A stretch of DNA of 64,000 nt from positions 1-64,000 of the forward strand of contig JBBQQR010000004.1 in the NCBI GenBank assembly GCA_038215615.1, written 5' to 3'. The position numbers and the translations under genes were made by a program. Each line of letters starts with the position of its first letter. The stretch's first letter is position 1. This DNA comes from Vulcanimicrobiales bacterium (lineage in GTDB: Bacteria > Vulcanimicrobiota > Vulcanimicrobiia > Vulcanimicrobiales > Vulcanimicrobiaceae). Of this stretch, positions 1-11,119 are shown piece after piece. The notes under the pieces are model-generated. The model did no database searches, was not told the DNA's origin, and was given only the letters and a program-made list of their open reading frames with translations.

Positions 1-1557
1 GGCGCGATCGGAAGCGCGGCGCAGTACGGCGTGCGCGGCAACAACAGCTCTCAAGTTCTCGTGCTCGTCGACGGCTTGCCGGCTCCAGGATCGTTTGCCA
101 ACTCGGTCGAGCTCGCCACAATGCCGACGACGGGGGTCGAACGCATCGAGGTCGTTGAAGGCGGTGGCTCGACGCTGTACGGAACCGGCGCGATCGGCGG
201 CATCATCAACGTGATCACGCAGCGGACATCCACTGACGGAGCAACGCTGCGCGCGGGATCGTTCGGAAACAAATCTTTCGAGGTACGCACACCGAATATT
301 CAATTTTCGCGAATCGTCGCGCGCAATGATTTCACCCTCGCAAACGGTTCGGCGCGGCCGAACAGCGATTACCAGAGTTCGGATCTGCACACGAATTTCG
401 GCGCGCGAATAGGTTCGTTCGATGCCGTCCTGCGCGCGGGCATTTCAAGCGACCGCGGCGGCGCGCCCGGCCCGACGGACTTTACATCTCCGACGTCGAG
501 GCAAACGGATCTCAATTCCGGCGCAAACCTGACGCTCACGCGCAGGAGCGCGCAGGCGCAGACGACGCTGCAATTTGGGGGTACGCGCCAAGCGATCACG
601 TTTGCCTGCGATACCCTCAACGATCTGAATTGCTTTCAATCCACCCAATCGCTGGACACTGAGGGCCGGTTCGACCTCGGCGCGCGCAACGTCGTCAGCG
701 GAGAGAACGAACAACTGCTCTACGGTATCGATCTGGCGCGCGGAACGGTGCGCGGGGATGCCGGCGGGTTATTTTCCAGCAACTCGTTCGCGCAAACCGC
801 GGCCTACGTGCAGCAAAAATTCACGGCGCGTTGGGGAGGTGCTTATGTCGGCGTACGGGGTGAACGCGACGGCTCGCTCGGCGGAGAGTTCTCGCCTTCG
901 GCCGGCTTCGTACTTCGCTTATCGAACGAAGCATCGCTCAAAGGCAATATCGCAACGGCTTTTCGCGCGCCGAACGCCAGCGAGCTCCACTTTCCGTTTT
1001 TCGGCAATCCGGATCTCAAGCCCGAGCGCGCGAAAGTTGCCGACTTGACCCTGGTCGATCCGGCGGTATTGGGCGGAGTTTCAATCGGCTGGTTCGGAAA
1101 CCGCACGAACAATCTAATCGTTACGGAGTTGATCGATCCGGTCAACTTTATCTTCGCGCCCGAAAACATCGGACACGCGCTGATCGAAGGCTTGACGTTC
1201 GACGCGAAAACGCAACCGCTGCACGGTTTCACGGCGTCTTTCAACCTCACCGATCTCTACCGGGCGCAAGATCTCGACACGCGGTCGCGCCTTCCCGATG
1301 ATCCGGTCTTCGCGGCAAACCTTGGCCTCGATTATATCGGCGCAGGTCTGGTGAAAGCGGCGGGCGCGTCGGTGCACTCAGTGGGTCCGCACGGCGGCGG
1401 CGCATTCACGCGCGCCGACGCCTATCTTTCGCTGCGCGCGGCGCCGAACGTGCTCTTCACGCTGCGCGCCTACAACTTCGGTAACGCGCGCTACGAAGCG
1501 GTGCGCGGGTTCCCCATGCCCGGCCGCACGTTCGCGTTCGAGCTCTCCACGCAGTAG
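1..1557 (+). CDS. TonB-dependent outer-membrane receptor, BtuB-like (5' end outside window)
   Basis: Open frame from base 1. Plug motifs VLVLVDG, ERIEVVEG..STLYG..AIGGIINVIT; NPDLKPE; C-terminal MPGRTF. Directly upstream of BtuC/BtuD-like genes. Confidence 0.9.
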   Translation, partial: GAIGSAAQYGVRGNNSSQVLVLVDGLPAPGSFANSVELATMPTTGVERIEVVEGGGSTLYGTGAIGGIINVITQRTSTDGATLRAGSFGNKSFEVRTPNIQFSRIVARNDFTLANGSARPNSDYQSSDLHTNFGARIGSFDAVLRAGISSDRGGAPGPTDFTSPTSRQTDLNSGANLTLTRRSAQAQTTLQFGGTRQAITFACDTLNDLNCFQSTQSLDTEGRFDLGARNVVSGENEQLLYGIDLARGTVRGDAGGLFSSNSFAQTAAYVQQKFTARWGGAYVGVRGERDGSLGGEFSPSAGFVLRLSNEASLKGNIATAFRAPNASELHFPFFGNPDLKPERAKVADLTLVDPAVLGGVSIGWFGNRTNNLIVTELIDPVNFIFAPENIGHALIEGLTFDAKTQPLHGFTASFNLTDLYRAQDLDTRSRLPDDPVFAANLGLDYIGAGLVKAAGASVHSVGPHGGGAFTRADAYLSLRAAPNVLFTLRAYNFGNARYEAVRGFPMPGRTFAFELSTQ

Positions 1558-1558
1558 C

Positions 1559-2542
1559 GTGATTCTGCGTTTCGCAGCGCTCACGGCCGGATTGCTCGGC
1601 GTGGCGGCGGGAGCGCTGCTCGTGGGCGGTACTGAGCTTTCGCCGAACGCAATTTGGAACGCACTGCTGCATCCAAACGGCGGCGAAATCGCGACGATCG
1701 TTTGGCAGCTGAGACTTCCGCGCATCGTCATCGGCGCGTTCGTGGGCGCAGCGCTCGCGATCGCGGGTGCGCTTCTGCAAGGACTTCTGCGAAATCCGCT
1801 GGTCGATCCGTACCTGACCGGCGTCAGTGCGGGAGCGGCAGTTGCCATCGTTCTCTCGATCTCCGCGGGTGTTGCCGCAGCGGCAGTCCCGGCGCTCGGA
1901 TTCGCGGCGGGATTGGCAACCGCAGTAACGGTCGCGGCGCTCGCGCGGCGCGGCGCGAGTCTGGATGCAACGCGCCTCATTTTGGCGGGCGTATCGCTCT
2001 CGTCGCTCTTCGCCGCAGTCATTGCGCTCGTATTGACACGCGTGCAAGGCGGCGGCAGCGCACCCGCGATCGTGAGTTGGCTGGCGGGCACGCTCTCGGG
2101 AAGATCGTGGGGCGACTTGGTGTTTGCGGCGCCGTATGCATTTCTCGGCGCGATCTTGGCGCTCTTGAGCGCACCGGCACTCAATGCGCTTCGCTTGGGC
2201 GACGTGCGGGCCGCAGCCGTTGGCGTCGACGTCGGACGCGCTCAGTGGACGATCCTCGCGTCCTCTTCGCTGCTAGCCGCCTCTGCGGTCACGCTCTCGG
2301 GCACGATCGGTTTTGTCGGCTTGATCGTGCCGCACGTGGCGCGGCGCATGGTCGGGTCCGATGCGCGGTATGTGCTGGCGGCGTCGGCGTTGCTCGGTGC
2401 ATCACTGACGATCGTCGCCGACGCACTGAGCCGCACGCTGTTCGCACCCGCGGAAATCCCGATCGGCGTGCTGCTCGCCTTCATCGGCGTGCCGGCGTTT
2501 CTCTATCTCTACCTTCGCGACCGTCGCACGGCGGCCGCGTGA
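1559..2542 (+). CDS. Cobalamin/iron-siderophore ABC transporter permease (FecCD/BtuC family)
   Basis: WQLRLPR, LLRNPLVDPY, GTIGFVGLIVPH and EIPIG motifs; hydrophobic. Confidence 0.93.
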   Translation: MILRFAALTAGLLGVAAGALLVGGTELSPNAIWNALLHPNGGEIATIVWQLRLPRIVIGAFVGAALAIAGALLQGLLRNPLVDPYLTGVSAGAAVAIVLSISAGVAAAAVPALGFAAGLATAVTVAALARRGASLDATRLILAGVSLSSLFAAVIALVLTRVQGGGSAPAIVSWLAGTLSGRSWGDLVFAAPYAFLGAILALLSAPALNALRLGDVRAAAVGVDVGRAQWTILASSSLLAASAVTLSGTIGFVGLIVPHVARRMVGSDARYVLAASALLGASLTIVADALSRTLFAPAEIPIGVLLAFIGVPAFLYLYLRDRRTAAA

Positions 2543-3309
2543 TCGCGGTTCGCGATCTCGAGCTGCGGGTCGCGGGAAAGCCGCTGCTGGCGAGCATGTC
2601 CTTCGAGATTGGCGCCGGCGAGTTCGTCGGTATTCTAGGGCGCAACGGTGCCGGAAAGACGACCCTGCTGCGCGCGCTTGCGGGCTTACGTCCGGCCGAC
2701 GGCGGGAGCATCGAGCTCAATTCGCGCGGCATCGCCGCGTTTTCACCGGCGGAACGCAGCCGCACGATCGCTTTCGTAACCAGCGACGATGTCTTTGCGG
2801 ATCGATTGACCGTGCAGGACGTCATCGCGGCGGGACGTTATCCGCATCACCGGTGGTGGCAATGGACCCAGGAACCGCACGACGCGCAAGCGATCGCCGG
2901 CGCGCTCGAAGCGGTCGAGCTGCAGAGTTTTGCCGATCGTGAATTTGCCACGCTATCGAGCGGCGAACGGCAGCGCGCCTGGATCGCGCTGGCCATCGCG
3001 CAAGAGTCCCCGCTGCTTTTTTTAGATGAGCCGACCAGCCATCTCGATCTGCGCGCGGCCGCGCATATTTTGAAGCTGCTGCGCGGTCAAGTGAATGCCG
3101 GCAAGACCGTGGTCTGCGTGCTGCACGATCCTAATGAAGCGGCGGCGTACGCGGACCGGGCGATGCTTCTGGCAGCCGGCGGCATCCTGGCATTTGAGGG
3201 GAAAGAGCAAGCCCTTTCGCCGGTCCGGCTCGAGCAGGCATATGGCCTCAAGATGGAATCGGTGACCACGACCTCGGGGGGCCGCCGGATTTTCCCCGCA
3301 GCGGACTGA
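2539..3309 (+). CDS. Cobalamin/iron ABC transporter ATP-binding protein (BtuD/FecE family)
   Basis: GTG start overlaps the permease stop (GTGA). Walker A GRNGAGKT, LSSGERQR, LDEPTSHLD, VLHD. Confidence 0.92.
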   Translation: MIAVRDLELRVAGKPLLASMSFEIGAGEFVGILGRNGAGKTTLLRALAGLRPADGGSIELNSRGIAAFSPAERSRTIAFVTSDDVFADRLTVQDVIAAGRYPHHRWWQWTQEPHDAQAIAGALEAVELQSFADREFATLSSGERQRAWIALAIAQESPLLFLDEPTSHLDLRAAAHILKLLRGQVNAGKTVVCVLHDPNEAAAYADRAMLLAAGGILAFEGKEQALSPVRLEQAYGLKMESVTTTSGGRRIFPAAD

Positions 3310-3394
3310 CCCCGGGTCGACAAGCAGCATAACCCGCGCCCCCAACCTTTTACCGGGTGGCTAAGGCGCCGCAGCCATAGGTATGGCAAGATTG

Positions 3395-3412
3395 TAAAAA
3401 GGCGCCTTTTTA
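3395..3412. promoter_or_regulatory. Perfect 18-bp palindrome upstream of glnA (candidate operator)
   Basis: TAAAAAGGCGCCTTTTTA. It overlaps a possible TTGTAA-N17-TATAGG promoter (3392-3420). Confidence 0.45.
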
Positions 3413-3430
3413 TCTATAGGGAGAACGCGC

Positions 3431-4924
3431 ATGGCAATCACGGCCGGAGAGCTCAAAACAAAGGTTTCGTCGAACGGCAACGGCGTGCATAAAAAGAGCT
3501 CGCCCAAAGCGCTCGTCGAGTACATCAAAAAGACGGGCATCAAGATGGTTGACTTCAAGTTCACCGACGTTCCGGGAACCTGGCAGCACACGAGCGTGCC
3601 GGCCGACCAAATTGACGAGGATTTGCTGGCCGCCGGAATCGGCTTCGACGGCTCTTCCATTCGCGGCTTCCAGGCGATTCACGAATCCGACATGATTCTG
3701 AAACCCGACGTGAGTTCGGCGGAGGTCGACAGCTTTTGCGGCGTCCCGACGCTTTCGCTCATCTGCGACGTCTTCGATCCGATTGCCAAACAATTGTATC
3801 ATCGCGATCCGCGCAACATCGCGCGCAAAGCCGAAGCGTATCTGCGCTCGACGGGAATCGCGACGACGGCGTATTTTGGTCCCGAAGCGGAGTTCCATTA
3901 CTTCGATCGCGTTTCGTACGAGAATTCTCCCAACCGCTCGTTCTACGAAATCGATTCGAACGAAGCGCATTGGAACAGCGGAACCGAGAAAGGCTCCAGT
4001 GGTTACACGCTGCGTCCGAAGGAAGGCTACTTCCCCGCCGGCCCGGCGGACACTACCGCTGACGTCCGCGCCGAAACCGCCCTGGTTCTCAAAGAGTGGG
4101 GCATCAACGTCGAGATGCAGCACCACGAGGTCGGCGCTCCGGGTCAAGCCGAAATCGACTTTCGCTTCGACTCGCTCCTAAAAACAGCCGATAACCTGAT
4201 GACGTTCAAGTACGTCGTTCGCAGCGTCGCAGCGCGTTACGGCAAGAGCGTGACGTTCATGCCCAAGCCGGTCTTCGGCGACAACGGCAGCGGCATGCAC
4301 GTGCATCAATCGCTGTGGAACGAAGATGAGCCGCTGTTCTACGACAAGGACGGCTACGCCGAGTGTTCGCAGACGATGCTCTACTACATCGGCGGTTTAC
4401 TGACGCACATTGATTCGCTGATGGCGTTCTGCGCGCCGACGACCAACTCGTACAAGCGCCTCGTGCCGCATTACGAAGCGCCGGTGAACGTCGCGTTTTC
4501 GGCTCGCAACCGTTCGGCGGCAATTCGCATCCCGATGTTCTTCCAGGGTAATCCGAAATCCAAACGGCTCGAATTCCGCCCGCCCGATCCGACGGCGAAC
4601 CCATACCTCGCGTTCTCAGCACTGCTGTGCGCGGGACTCGACGGCATCAAGCGTAAGATCGATCCCGTGGCCGCGGGTTTTGGACCGCTCGAAGAAAACA
4701 TCTACGATCTGCCGCCTGAGAAGGCTGCGAAGATCCGCTCCGTTCCGGGTTCGCTGCGCGAGTCGCTCAACGCGCTACGCAACGACCATGCGTACCTCAC
4801 CGAAAACGGCGTTTTTACCGACGACTTCATCGATCTGTGGATCGCCTATAAAACGGAGCGCGAATTAAAGCCGGTGGAGATTCGTCCGCATCCGTACGAG
4901 TTCTATCTCTACTACGACGCGTAA
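3431..4924 (+). CDS. glnA: Glutamine synthetase type I (GSI-beta)
   Basis: FDGSSIRGF, HHEV, FMPKP..GDNGSGMHVHQS, NSYKRLVP, NRSAAIRIP; adenylylation-site motif NIYDLPPE. Confidence 0.98.
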   Translation: MAITAGELKTKVSSNGNGVHKKSSPKALVEYIKKTGIKMVDFKFTDVPGTWQHTSVPADQIDEDLLAAGIGFDGSSIRGFQAIHESDMILKPDVSSAEVDSFCGVPTLSLICDVFDPIAKQLYHRDPRNIARKAEAYLRSTGIATTAYFGPEAEFHYFDRVSYENSPNRSFYEIDSNEAHWNSGTEKGSSGYTLRPKEGYFPAGPADTTADVRAETALVLKEWGINVEMQHHEVGAPGQAEIDFRFDSLLKTADNLMTFKYVVRSVAARYGKSVTFMPKPVFGDNGSGMHVHQSLWNEDEPLFYDKDGYAECSQTMLYYIGGLLTHIDSLMAFCAPTTNSYKRLVPHYEAPVNVAFSARNRSAAIRIPMFFQGNPKSKRLEFRPPDPTANPYLAFSALLCAGLDGIKRKIDPVAAGFGPLEENIYDLPPEKAAKIRSVPGSLRESLNALRNDHAYLTENGVFTDDFIDLWIAYKTERELKPVEIRPHPYEFYLYYDA

Positions 4925-4941
4925 CAGTTAGGCAAGCAATC

Positions 4942-4975
4942 GAAAAGGGGCTTCCGCGAAAGGAAGCCTCTTTTC
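4942..4975 (+). terminator. Intrinsic terminator after glnA
   Basis: Hairpin GAAAAGGGGCTTCC-GCGAAA-GGAAGCCTCTTTTC just after the stop codon. Confidence 0.8.
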
Positions 4976-4995
4976 ACGTCGAAACAGCTTCGTCT

Positions 4996-6348
4996 ATGGG
5001 GACGGGGATGCTCGCTGCGATTTTCAAAACCTATGACGTTCGCGGCATCTATCCCGACCAACTCAACGACGACCTCGCCTACAAAATCGGACGCTGCTTC
5101 GTTCCGCTGCTCGAGGCGAAGAACGTCGCGGTCGGACGCGACATGCGCGACTCCGGGAACAGCCTCTTCGAGGCGTTCGCGCGCGGAGCGTCGGAAGCGG
5201 GCGCAAACGTCCTCGATGTGGGCCGCGTTTCGACCGACGCCCTCTATTTCGCAGTGGGGAAGTACGAGCTCGACGGCGGCGTTATGATCACCGCTTCGCA
5301 CAACCCGGCCGGCTATAACGGAATGAAGTTTACGAGGTCGCAGGCGCAGGCGATTTCGCTCGATACGGGGCTGGCGCAGATTCGCGATCTGATCGCATCG
5401 GGAAATCTGCCGCCGCGGGCCGCTGCAGCAAAGGGACAGATCACGCGCCGCGATATTTTAGACGAATTTGCTGCGCATTGCCTTTCGTTCATCGAGCCCA
5501 CGCGGATCAAGCCGTTCAAGATCGCGATCGACGCCGGCAACGGCATGGCAGGCGAAACCGTACCGCACGTCTTCAAGCACTTGCCCTGCGAAGTGGTGCC
5601 GCTGTATTTCGAACTCAACGGCAGTTTCCCGAATCACCCGGCCAGCCCGATCGAGCCCGAAAACATGGTCGATCTGCAGGCTGCCGTGCGCAAACATGGA
5701 TGCGATCTCGGCGCCGCTTTTGACGGCGATGCCGATCGCATGTTTATCGTCGACGAAAAAGGCGATCTGATCGACGGCAGCACCGTCACCGCGCTCGTCG
5801 CTTTGAACACGCTCAAGCGTCATCCGGGCGGCAAGATTCTCTACAACTTGATTTGCAGCCGGAGCGTTCCCGAGCTCATAAAAGCGAACGGTGGGGTTCC
5901 TGTTCGCTCTCAAGTGGGGCACTCGCTCATCAAGCAAACGATGCGCGAACAGGACGTCATTTTCGGAGGCGAGCACAGCGGGCATTTCTACTTCCGCGAT
6001 AACTGGTACGCAGACTCGGGTATGATCGCGCTCATGCAGTGCCTGGAACTCTTTAGCGAAACGAACAAACCCGTGAGCGAATTCATCACGCCGGTCGACA
6101 CGCGCTTTCGCTCGGGCGAAATCAATACGGAGGTCAAAGATGTCCGGGGTAAAATGCGGGAGATCGAGGAATTTTACCAAGGTGGCCAGGTCGACCGCTT
6201 GGACGGCATTACGATTTCTTATCCCGACTGGTGGCTGAACGTGCGTCCTTCAAATACGGAGCCGCTGCTGCGCCTGAACGTCGAGGGCGACACGCGCGAC
6301 CTCATGGAGAAACATCGCGACGAGGCGTTAGGGTTGATACGCGCGTGA
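4996..6348 (+). CDS. Phosphomannomutase/phosphoglucomutase
   Basis: FKTYDVRG, TASHNP, FDGDADR, GEHSGH, RPSNTEP. Start may be the ATG at 5008. Confidence 0.95.
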   Translation: MGTGMLAAIFKTYDVRGIYPDQLNDDLAYKIGRCFVPLLEAKNVAVGRDMRDSGNSLFEAFARGASEAGANVLDVGRVSTDALYFAVGKYELDGGVMITASHNPAGYNGMKFTRSQAQAISLDTGLAQIRDLIASGNLPPRAAAAKGQITRRDILDEFAAHCLSFIEPTRIKPFKIAIDAGNGMAGETVPHVFKHLPCEVVPLYFELNGSFPNHPASPIEPENMVDLQAAVRKHGCDLGAAFDGDADRMFIVDEKGDLIDGSTVTALVALNTLKRHPGGKILYNLICSRSVPELIKANGGVPVRSQVGHSLIKQTMREQDVIFGGEHSGHFYFRDNWYADSGMIALMQCLELFSETNKPVSEFITPVDTRFRSGEINTEVKDVRGKMREIEEFYQGGQVDRLDGITISYPDWWLNVRPSNTEPLLRLNVEGDTRDLMEKHRDEALGLIRA

Positions 6349-7493
6349 ACGCGTTCGTACTCGGCCCCGCGGAGATTGCCACCGGGGACGGTTCATCGGT
6401 CAAAGGCCGCATAGCCGTTGAAAACGGCCGCATTACCGCGATATTGCCGGCCGAAGGTGCGACGGATCATCGGCTGCCCGGCGGAACTCGCATTGCACCG
6501 GGGCTGATCGACGTCCACACCAATGGCGCCGGCGAATTTTTGTTCAACCGCGATCAAAGTTCCGCCGTTCCCGTTGCCGCGATCGAATATGCACGGCAAG
6601 GCACAACCGCCTTCCTGGCCGGCATCATGACTGCGCCCTGGGAGTCGATGCTGCATGCGGCCGGCGAAGTCGTCGAAGCCGCACACCAACTCGAAGAAGA
6701 CCTGCCCCGCGGCGCGCGCTGTCTAGGCATTCATTTCGAAGGACCGTTTCTCAACCCGAAGTTCCGGCGCGTCCATCAGCAGCAATGGATCCTGCCCGCG
6801 ACGCCCGAACGCACCCGCGCGCTCGTTGAAGCGTGTAAAGGCGCGTGCCTGATGGTCACGATGGCGCCCGAAGTTGACGGCGTCTCCGACGCGGCGCGGT
6901 TTTTCATGGAACATGGCATCGTCTGCTCGGCAGGCCACACCGCCGCGCGCTACCGCGAAGGCATGCTGGCGATCGGCTTGGGTTTCCGCTCATTGACGCA
7001 CGCGTTCAACGCCATGCCGCCGCTCGACCACCGCGACCCGTCTATTCTCGCGGCCTTCATTCAAGACGGCCGCACGACGGTTCAAGTCATCTGCGATGGC
7101 ATTCACGTCGCGCCCGTTATGGTCGATTTGCTCTACCGTACGCTGGGCGAACGGCTGATACTCGCAAGCGACATCATGCCCTCAGCCGGACCGGGATACC
7201 ACATCTCGGGTGGCGTCATGCGCGCGGAGGACGGCACGATTGCCGGCAGCGCGCTGCGCATGGACGATGCCGTCCGCAACTACATGGCCTACACCGAGCT
7301 GCCCTTTGCAAAGGCGATCGTCGCCGCGACGTCCGCGCCGGCAAAACTTCTCTCGCTCGATCGCGAGATGGGACGCGTCGCTCCGGGCGCACGCGCCGAT
7401 CTTTCATTTTGGGACGCCGAATGCAACGTCACCGGCACGATGGTCGGCGGCGTCACCGTCTTTGGCGAAATCTTCGCCCCCGCCGCGGCATAA
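6345..7493 (+). CDS. nagA: N-acetylglucosamine-6-phosphate deacetylase
   Basis: PGLIDVHTNG, GIHFEGPF, THAFNAM, ICDGIHV, GTIAGS. GTG start overlaps the pmm stop. Confidence 0.9.
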   Translation: MNAFVLGPAEIATGDGSSVKGRIAVENGRITAILPAEGATDHRLPGGTRIAPGLIDVHTNGAGEFLFNRDQSSAVPVAAIEYARQGTTAFLAGIMTAPWESMLHAAGEVVEAAHQLEEDLPRGARCLGIHFEGPFLNPKFRRVHQQQWILPATPERTRALVEACKGACLMVTMAPEVDGVSDAARFFMEHGIVCSAGHTAARYREGMLAIGLGFRSLTHAFNAMPPLDHRDPSILAAFIQDGRTTVQVICDGIHVAPVMVDLLYRTLGERLILASDIMPSAGPGYHISGGVMRAEDGTIAGSALRMDDAVRNYMAYTELPFAKAIVAATSAPAKLLSLDREMGRVAPGARADLSFWDAECNVTGTMVGGVTVFGEIFAPAAA

Positions 7494-7525
7494 AAAAAAG
7501 GCGGCCCTTTAGCGAGGGCCGCCTT
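7492..7525 (-). terminator. Intrinsic terminator between convergent nagA and ice-binding protein genes
   Basis: A-run followed by GGCGGCCCT-TTAGCG-AGGGCCGCC; the U-tract lies on the minus strand. Confidence 0.8.
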
Positions 7526-7553
7526 CTGAGCGAGGAAAGACTCGTTCTAGCGG

Positions 7554-8576
<1,023 letters not shown>

Positions 8577-9851
8577 CTAGATCTTCAGACCCAGTCCGAT
8601 ATACGGACCGTTATGCGTCTGACCGATTGGAGCAGCGGCCGACTTCGCGGCCCACTGATCGGCGGCGTAGCCGCCGTAGAGATAGAGCGGGAAGTGCGAC
8701 AGCGCGAGCGCGAGGCCAATATCGAGTTTCGTTATCGCGTACTGCTGGCGATAGCTCTTGCCGTTGTTCGGGCCGGCAGGGTTGGAGACGGTATAGCTGC
8801 CGCTTGCGCTCGGATAATAGAACGCTGAGCCAAACCAGCTGATTCCCGTACGCAACTCCGGCAATTTTTCGGCACCGAAGCCGATCGCGTTGAGACTCGG
8901 ATATCCGTAGTTGGTGGCCGTTTGAAGGTAGCCCACGCCAACATAAATCTTGGGCTCGGCGACTTTATACAGCAAGCGCCCATCCAGGCTGCTCTGCCGC
9001 GCCATGAACACCGGCGTCAACGCCGTGCCGCCGTCGATGGTCGAGAACTTCGTATAATGCGTACCGAATCCGTCGGTCAAATTATCGCTGGTCACATAGG
9101 AGTCCAGGCGATAGTCGACTTTTAAGGCGAACGGCGAGTTTTTGAATACAATGGCCGCGGCGGCCAAGAGTGCCTTGCAATACTGGCCCGCGGAAAATTC
9201 GTTGTAATTCTGATCGTGTGCGACGGCCGCTTGAACGAACATGACGTATGGCGCTTCGGTCGGCGCCGGCGTCGGACTCGGCGCTATCGTCGGGGCAGCG
9301 GTCGGTTCAGGTGTGGGCGGAGGCGTCGGCGGAATGTAACGCACGACGACGACGCGTTTTGAGGGAACCCATTGCACATAGGCGCCCATGCTTTCGGAGA
9401 TGACGCGGACCGGAACGAGCAAGACGCCCTTATAAAGGATGGGCGGCACGTCAAGCGGGCGCGTTTCGCCGTTGATGACGACCTCGGGTTTGTCCAGCGT
9501 CACCGAAACCGTCGCGCCGGCTTTCGTGGCGGTAATAGTCTTGCCGTCAGCGGATGCCGAAACGGTCGCGCCCATTTGTTCGAACATGCTGCGCAGCGGC
9601 ACATAGAGTTGGCCGTCCTTGAGCAATGCGGCGAGCACGCGGCTCTGTTTGAGAATGTCCGGCTTGGCGTACACCGTGTGGTCATTGTAAAGAATTGGAA
9701 TTTCGCCCGATGGCGGCGTACCGAACGCCGGCGGGGGCGCGGGCGAGGCCTGCGCGACTTGCGCCGCGTCCGCGCGGACCGCTGCTGGAAATCCAGCGAA
9801 CAGCACTGCCAGCAGGACCGCCGCTGCGGTATACATCGTTTTATTCACCAT
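8577..9851 (-). CDS. Secreted protein: copper amine oxidase N-terminal (stalk) domain, Pro linker and probable outer-membrane beta-barrel
   Basis: Signal peptide; LYVPLRSMFEQMGATV and LLVPVRVISESMGAYVQW motifs; C-terminal alternating aromatic/Gly strands ending YIGLGLKI. Confidence 0.75.
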   Translation of the reverse strand: MVNKTMYTAAAVLLAVLFAGFPAAVRADAAQVAQASPAPPPAFGTPPSGEIPILYNDHTVYAKPDILKQSRVLAALLKDGQLYVPLRSMFEQMGATVSASADGKTITATKAGATVSVTLDKPEVVINGETRPLDVPPILYKGVLLVPVRVISESMGAYVQWVPSKRVVVVRYIPPTPPPTPEPTAAPTIAPSPTPAPTEAPYVMFVQAAVAHDQNYNEFSAGQYCKALLAAAAIVFKNSPFALKVDYRLDSYVTSDNLTDGFGTHYTKFSTIDGGTALTPVFMARQSSLDGRLLYKVAEPKIYVGVGYLQTATNYGYPSLNAIGFGAEKLPELRTGISWFGSAFYYPSASGSYTVSNPAGPNNGKSYRQQYAITKLDIGLALALSHFPLYLYGGYAADQWAAKSAAAPIGQTHNGPYIGLGLKI

Positions 9852-9876
9852 TGCTCACCTGAAATTCCAAAATACA

Positions 9877-10203
9877 TCACCGTTGAAGCACGGCGTATTC
9901 GCGCGCCAAAGCCATCGTTGCGAACATCGGAAACAGTCTGTCAAGTGCAGTGATGTGAAAGATGCGTGACAGGTTCCGGCCAGCCGCGACGCACAAATGG
10001 CTGTCGGCGTTATCGTTTACCGTCCATTTTTGCAGCGCGACCATAGCGTTGAGAAACGTCGTGTCGAGATAGCGCACGTGGGTAAGGTCGAAGATCGTCG
10101 TGGTCGAGCCGGTTTCTCGTATGGTCTCAAACCGCCGCTCGATCGCCGCCTTCTGCGAAATATCGAAGTCCCCGTGAAAAGCAAACTCCCGCGCATTCGC
10201 CAT
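9877..10203 (-). CDS. STAS-domain protein (anti-sigma factor antagonist)
   Basis: GDFDI, FDLTHVRYLDTTFL, RIFHITALDRLFP. Confidence 0.85.
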   Translation of the reverse strand: MANAREFAFHGDFDISQKAAIERRFETIRETGSTTTIFDLTHVRYLDTTFLNAMVALQKWTVNDNADSHLCVAAGRNLSRIFHITALDRLFPMFATMALAREYAVLQR

Positions 10204-10347
10204 GTATGCTCAGTATGGACTGGCCTTGCCGTAGCGTCTGCGCATTTCTCACCGTGTTTTTTCGACGGTGCGTTTTTAACACAAGGAAGGAGGGGCGCCC
10301 GGTGGGTATAATTCCAGACTTAGTATCGGCCCCCGAGGTGAAGAAAA

Positions 10348-11094
10348 ATGCGAAAATCTACCATGAATGGCTCACGAGTGACGCCCCAACGCCTTGCGAA
10401 GAATGCCATCCTCAATGGCTTGGACTCTCAGGAAACGACGGCCGTCTTGGAGAGCGCCGTACTGCTGAATCTGGCGGTCCGCGACCGGATCTATCAGCCA
10501 AACGAAAAGATTGACGAGGTCTTCTTTCCGCTTGACTGCGTGCTCTCGATCGTGACTCGCATGAAGGATGGCAACGCCATTGAGGTTGGCACGGTTGGCC
10601 GGGAGGGCTGCTCAGCCATCCCCTTGCTCTTGGGCGCCACGACAACCTTGAACGAATCGTACTGCCAGGTTGCGGGCGCCGCGATAAGAATCGACGCGGA
10701 CATTTTTCAGTCGTTGCGGGCAAACCCGAAGTTCGGTCACCTGCTCGATCGTTACGTCCAAGCGTACGTCAACATGCTCGGGCAACTTGCCGCGTGCAAC
10801 CGGCTGCACAACGTCTACGAGCGCTGCGCCCGGTGGCTGCTGATGACCCAGGACCGCGCCGGAACGAACGAGATAGGGCTGACGCACGAATACCTGGCAA
10901 TGATGCTCGGCACTCAGCGTTCGGGGGTCACCATTGCGGCCGGCACCTTGCAGCAAGCCGGTTTCATAAGATACTTACGCGGCACCATCACCATTCTCGA
11001 TCGCGAGGGGCTCGAAGGTGCATCTTGCGAGTGCTATGAGATTGCCCGCGAACAATTCGGCGGGCTGTTGCGCTCGACGAACACGCATTTTTAG
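10348..11094 (+). CDS. Crp/Fnr family transcriptional regulator
   Basis: EVGTVGREG, ACNRLH..ERCARWLL, LTHEYLAMMLG.QRSGVT HTH, LEGASCECY. Confidence 0.93.
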   Translation: MRKSTMNGSRVTPQRLAKNAILNGLDSQETTAVLESAVLLNLAVRDRIYQPNEKIDEVFFPLDCVLSIVTRMKDGNAIEVGTVGREGCSAIPLLLGATTTLNESYCQVAGAAIRIDADIFQSLRANPKFGHLLDRYVQAYVNMLGQLAACNRLHNVYERCARWLLMTQDRAGTNEIGLTHEYLAMMLGTQRSGVTIAAGTLQQAGFIRYLRGTITILDREGLEGASCECYEIAREQFGGLLRSTNTHF

Positions 11095-11119
11095 TTTCGG
11101 CGAGCCGCCTTCACGGCTT

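Noticed and set aside
1654..2538. N-terminal extensions and long antisense ORFs (e.g. the 1654 start, 53667-55463, 14495-15748)
   Set aside because: GC-rich shadow frames overlapping well-supported genes, with no recognisable motifs.
1..3309. Cobalamin riboswitch for the btu-like operon
   Set aside because: The operon's 5' end lies outside the window, so the substrate (B12 versus iron chelate) cannot be settled here.
3310..3430. Glutamine riboswitch or sigma54 promoter before glnA
   Set aside because: TGGCA is not followed by TTGC at the -12 position, and I could not match the glnA RNA motif.
10204..10347. CRP-binding site between the STAS and crp genes
   Set aside because: Only weak partial matches and a short inverted repeat (CACCGT..ACGGTG); not supportable.
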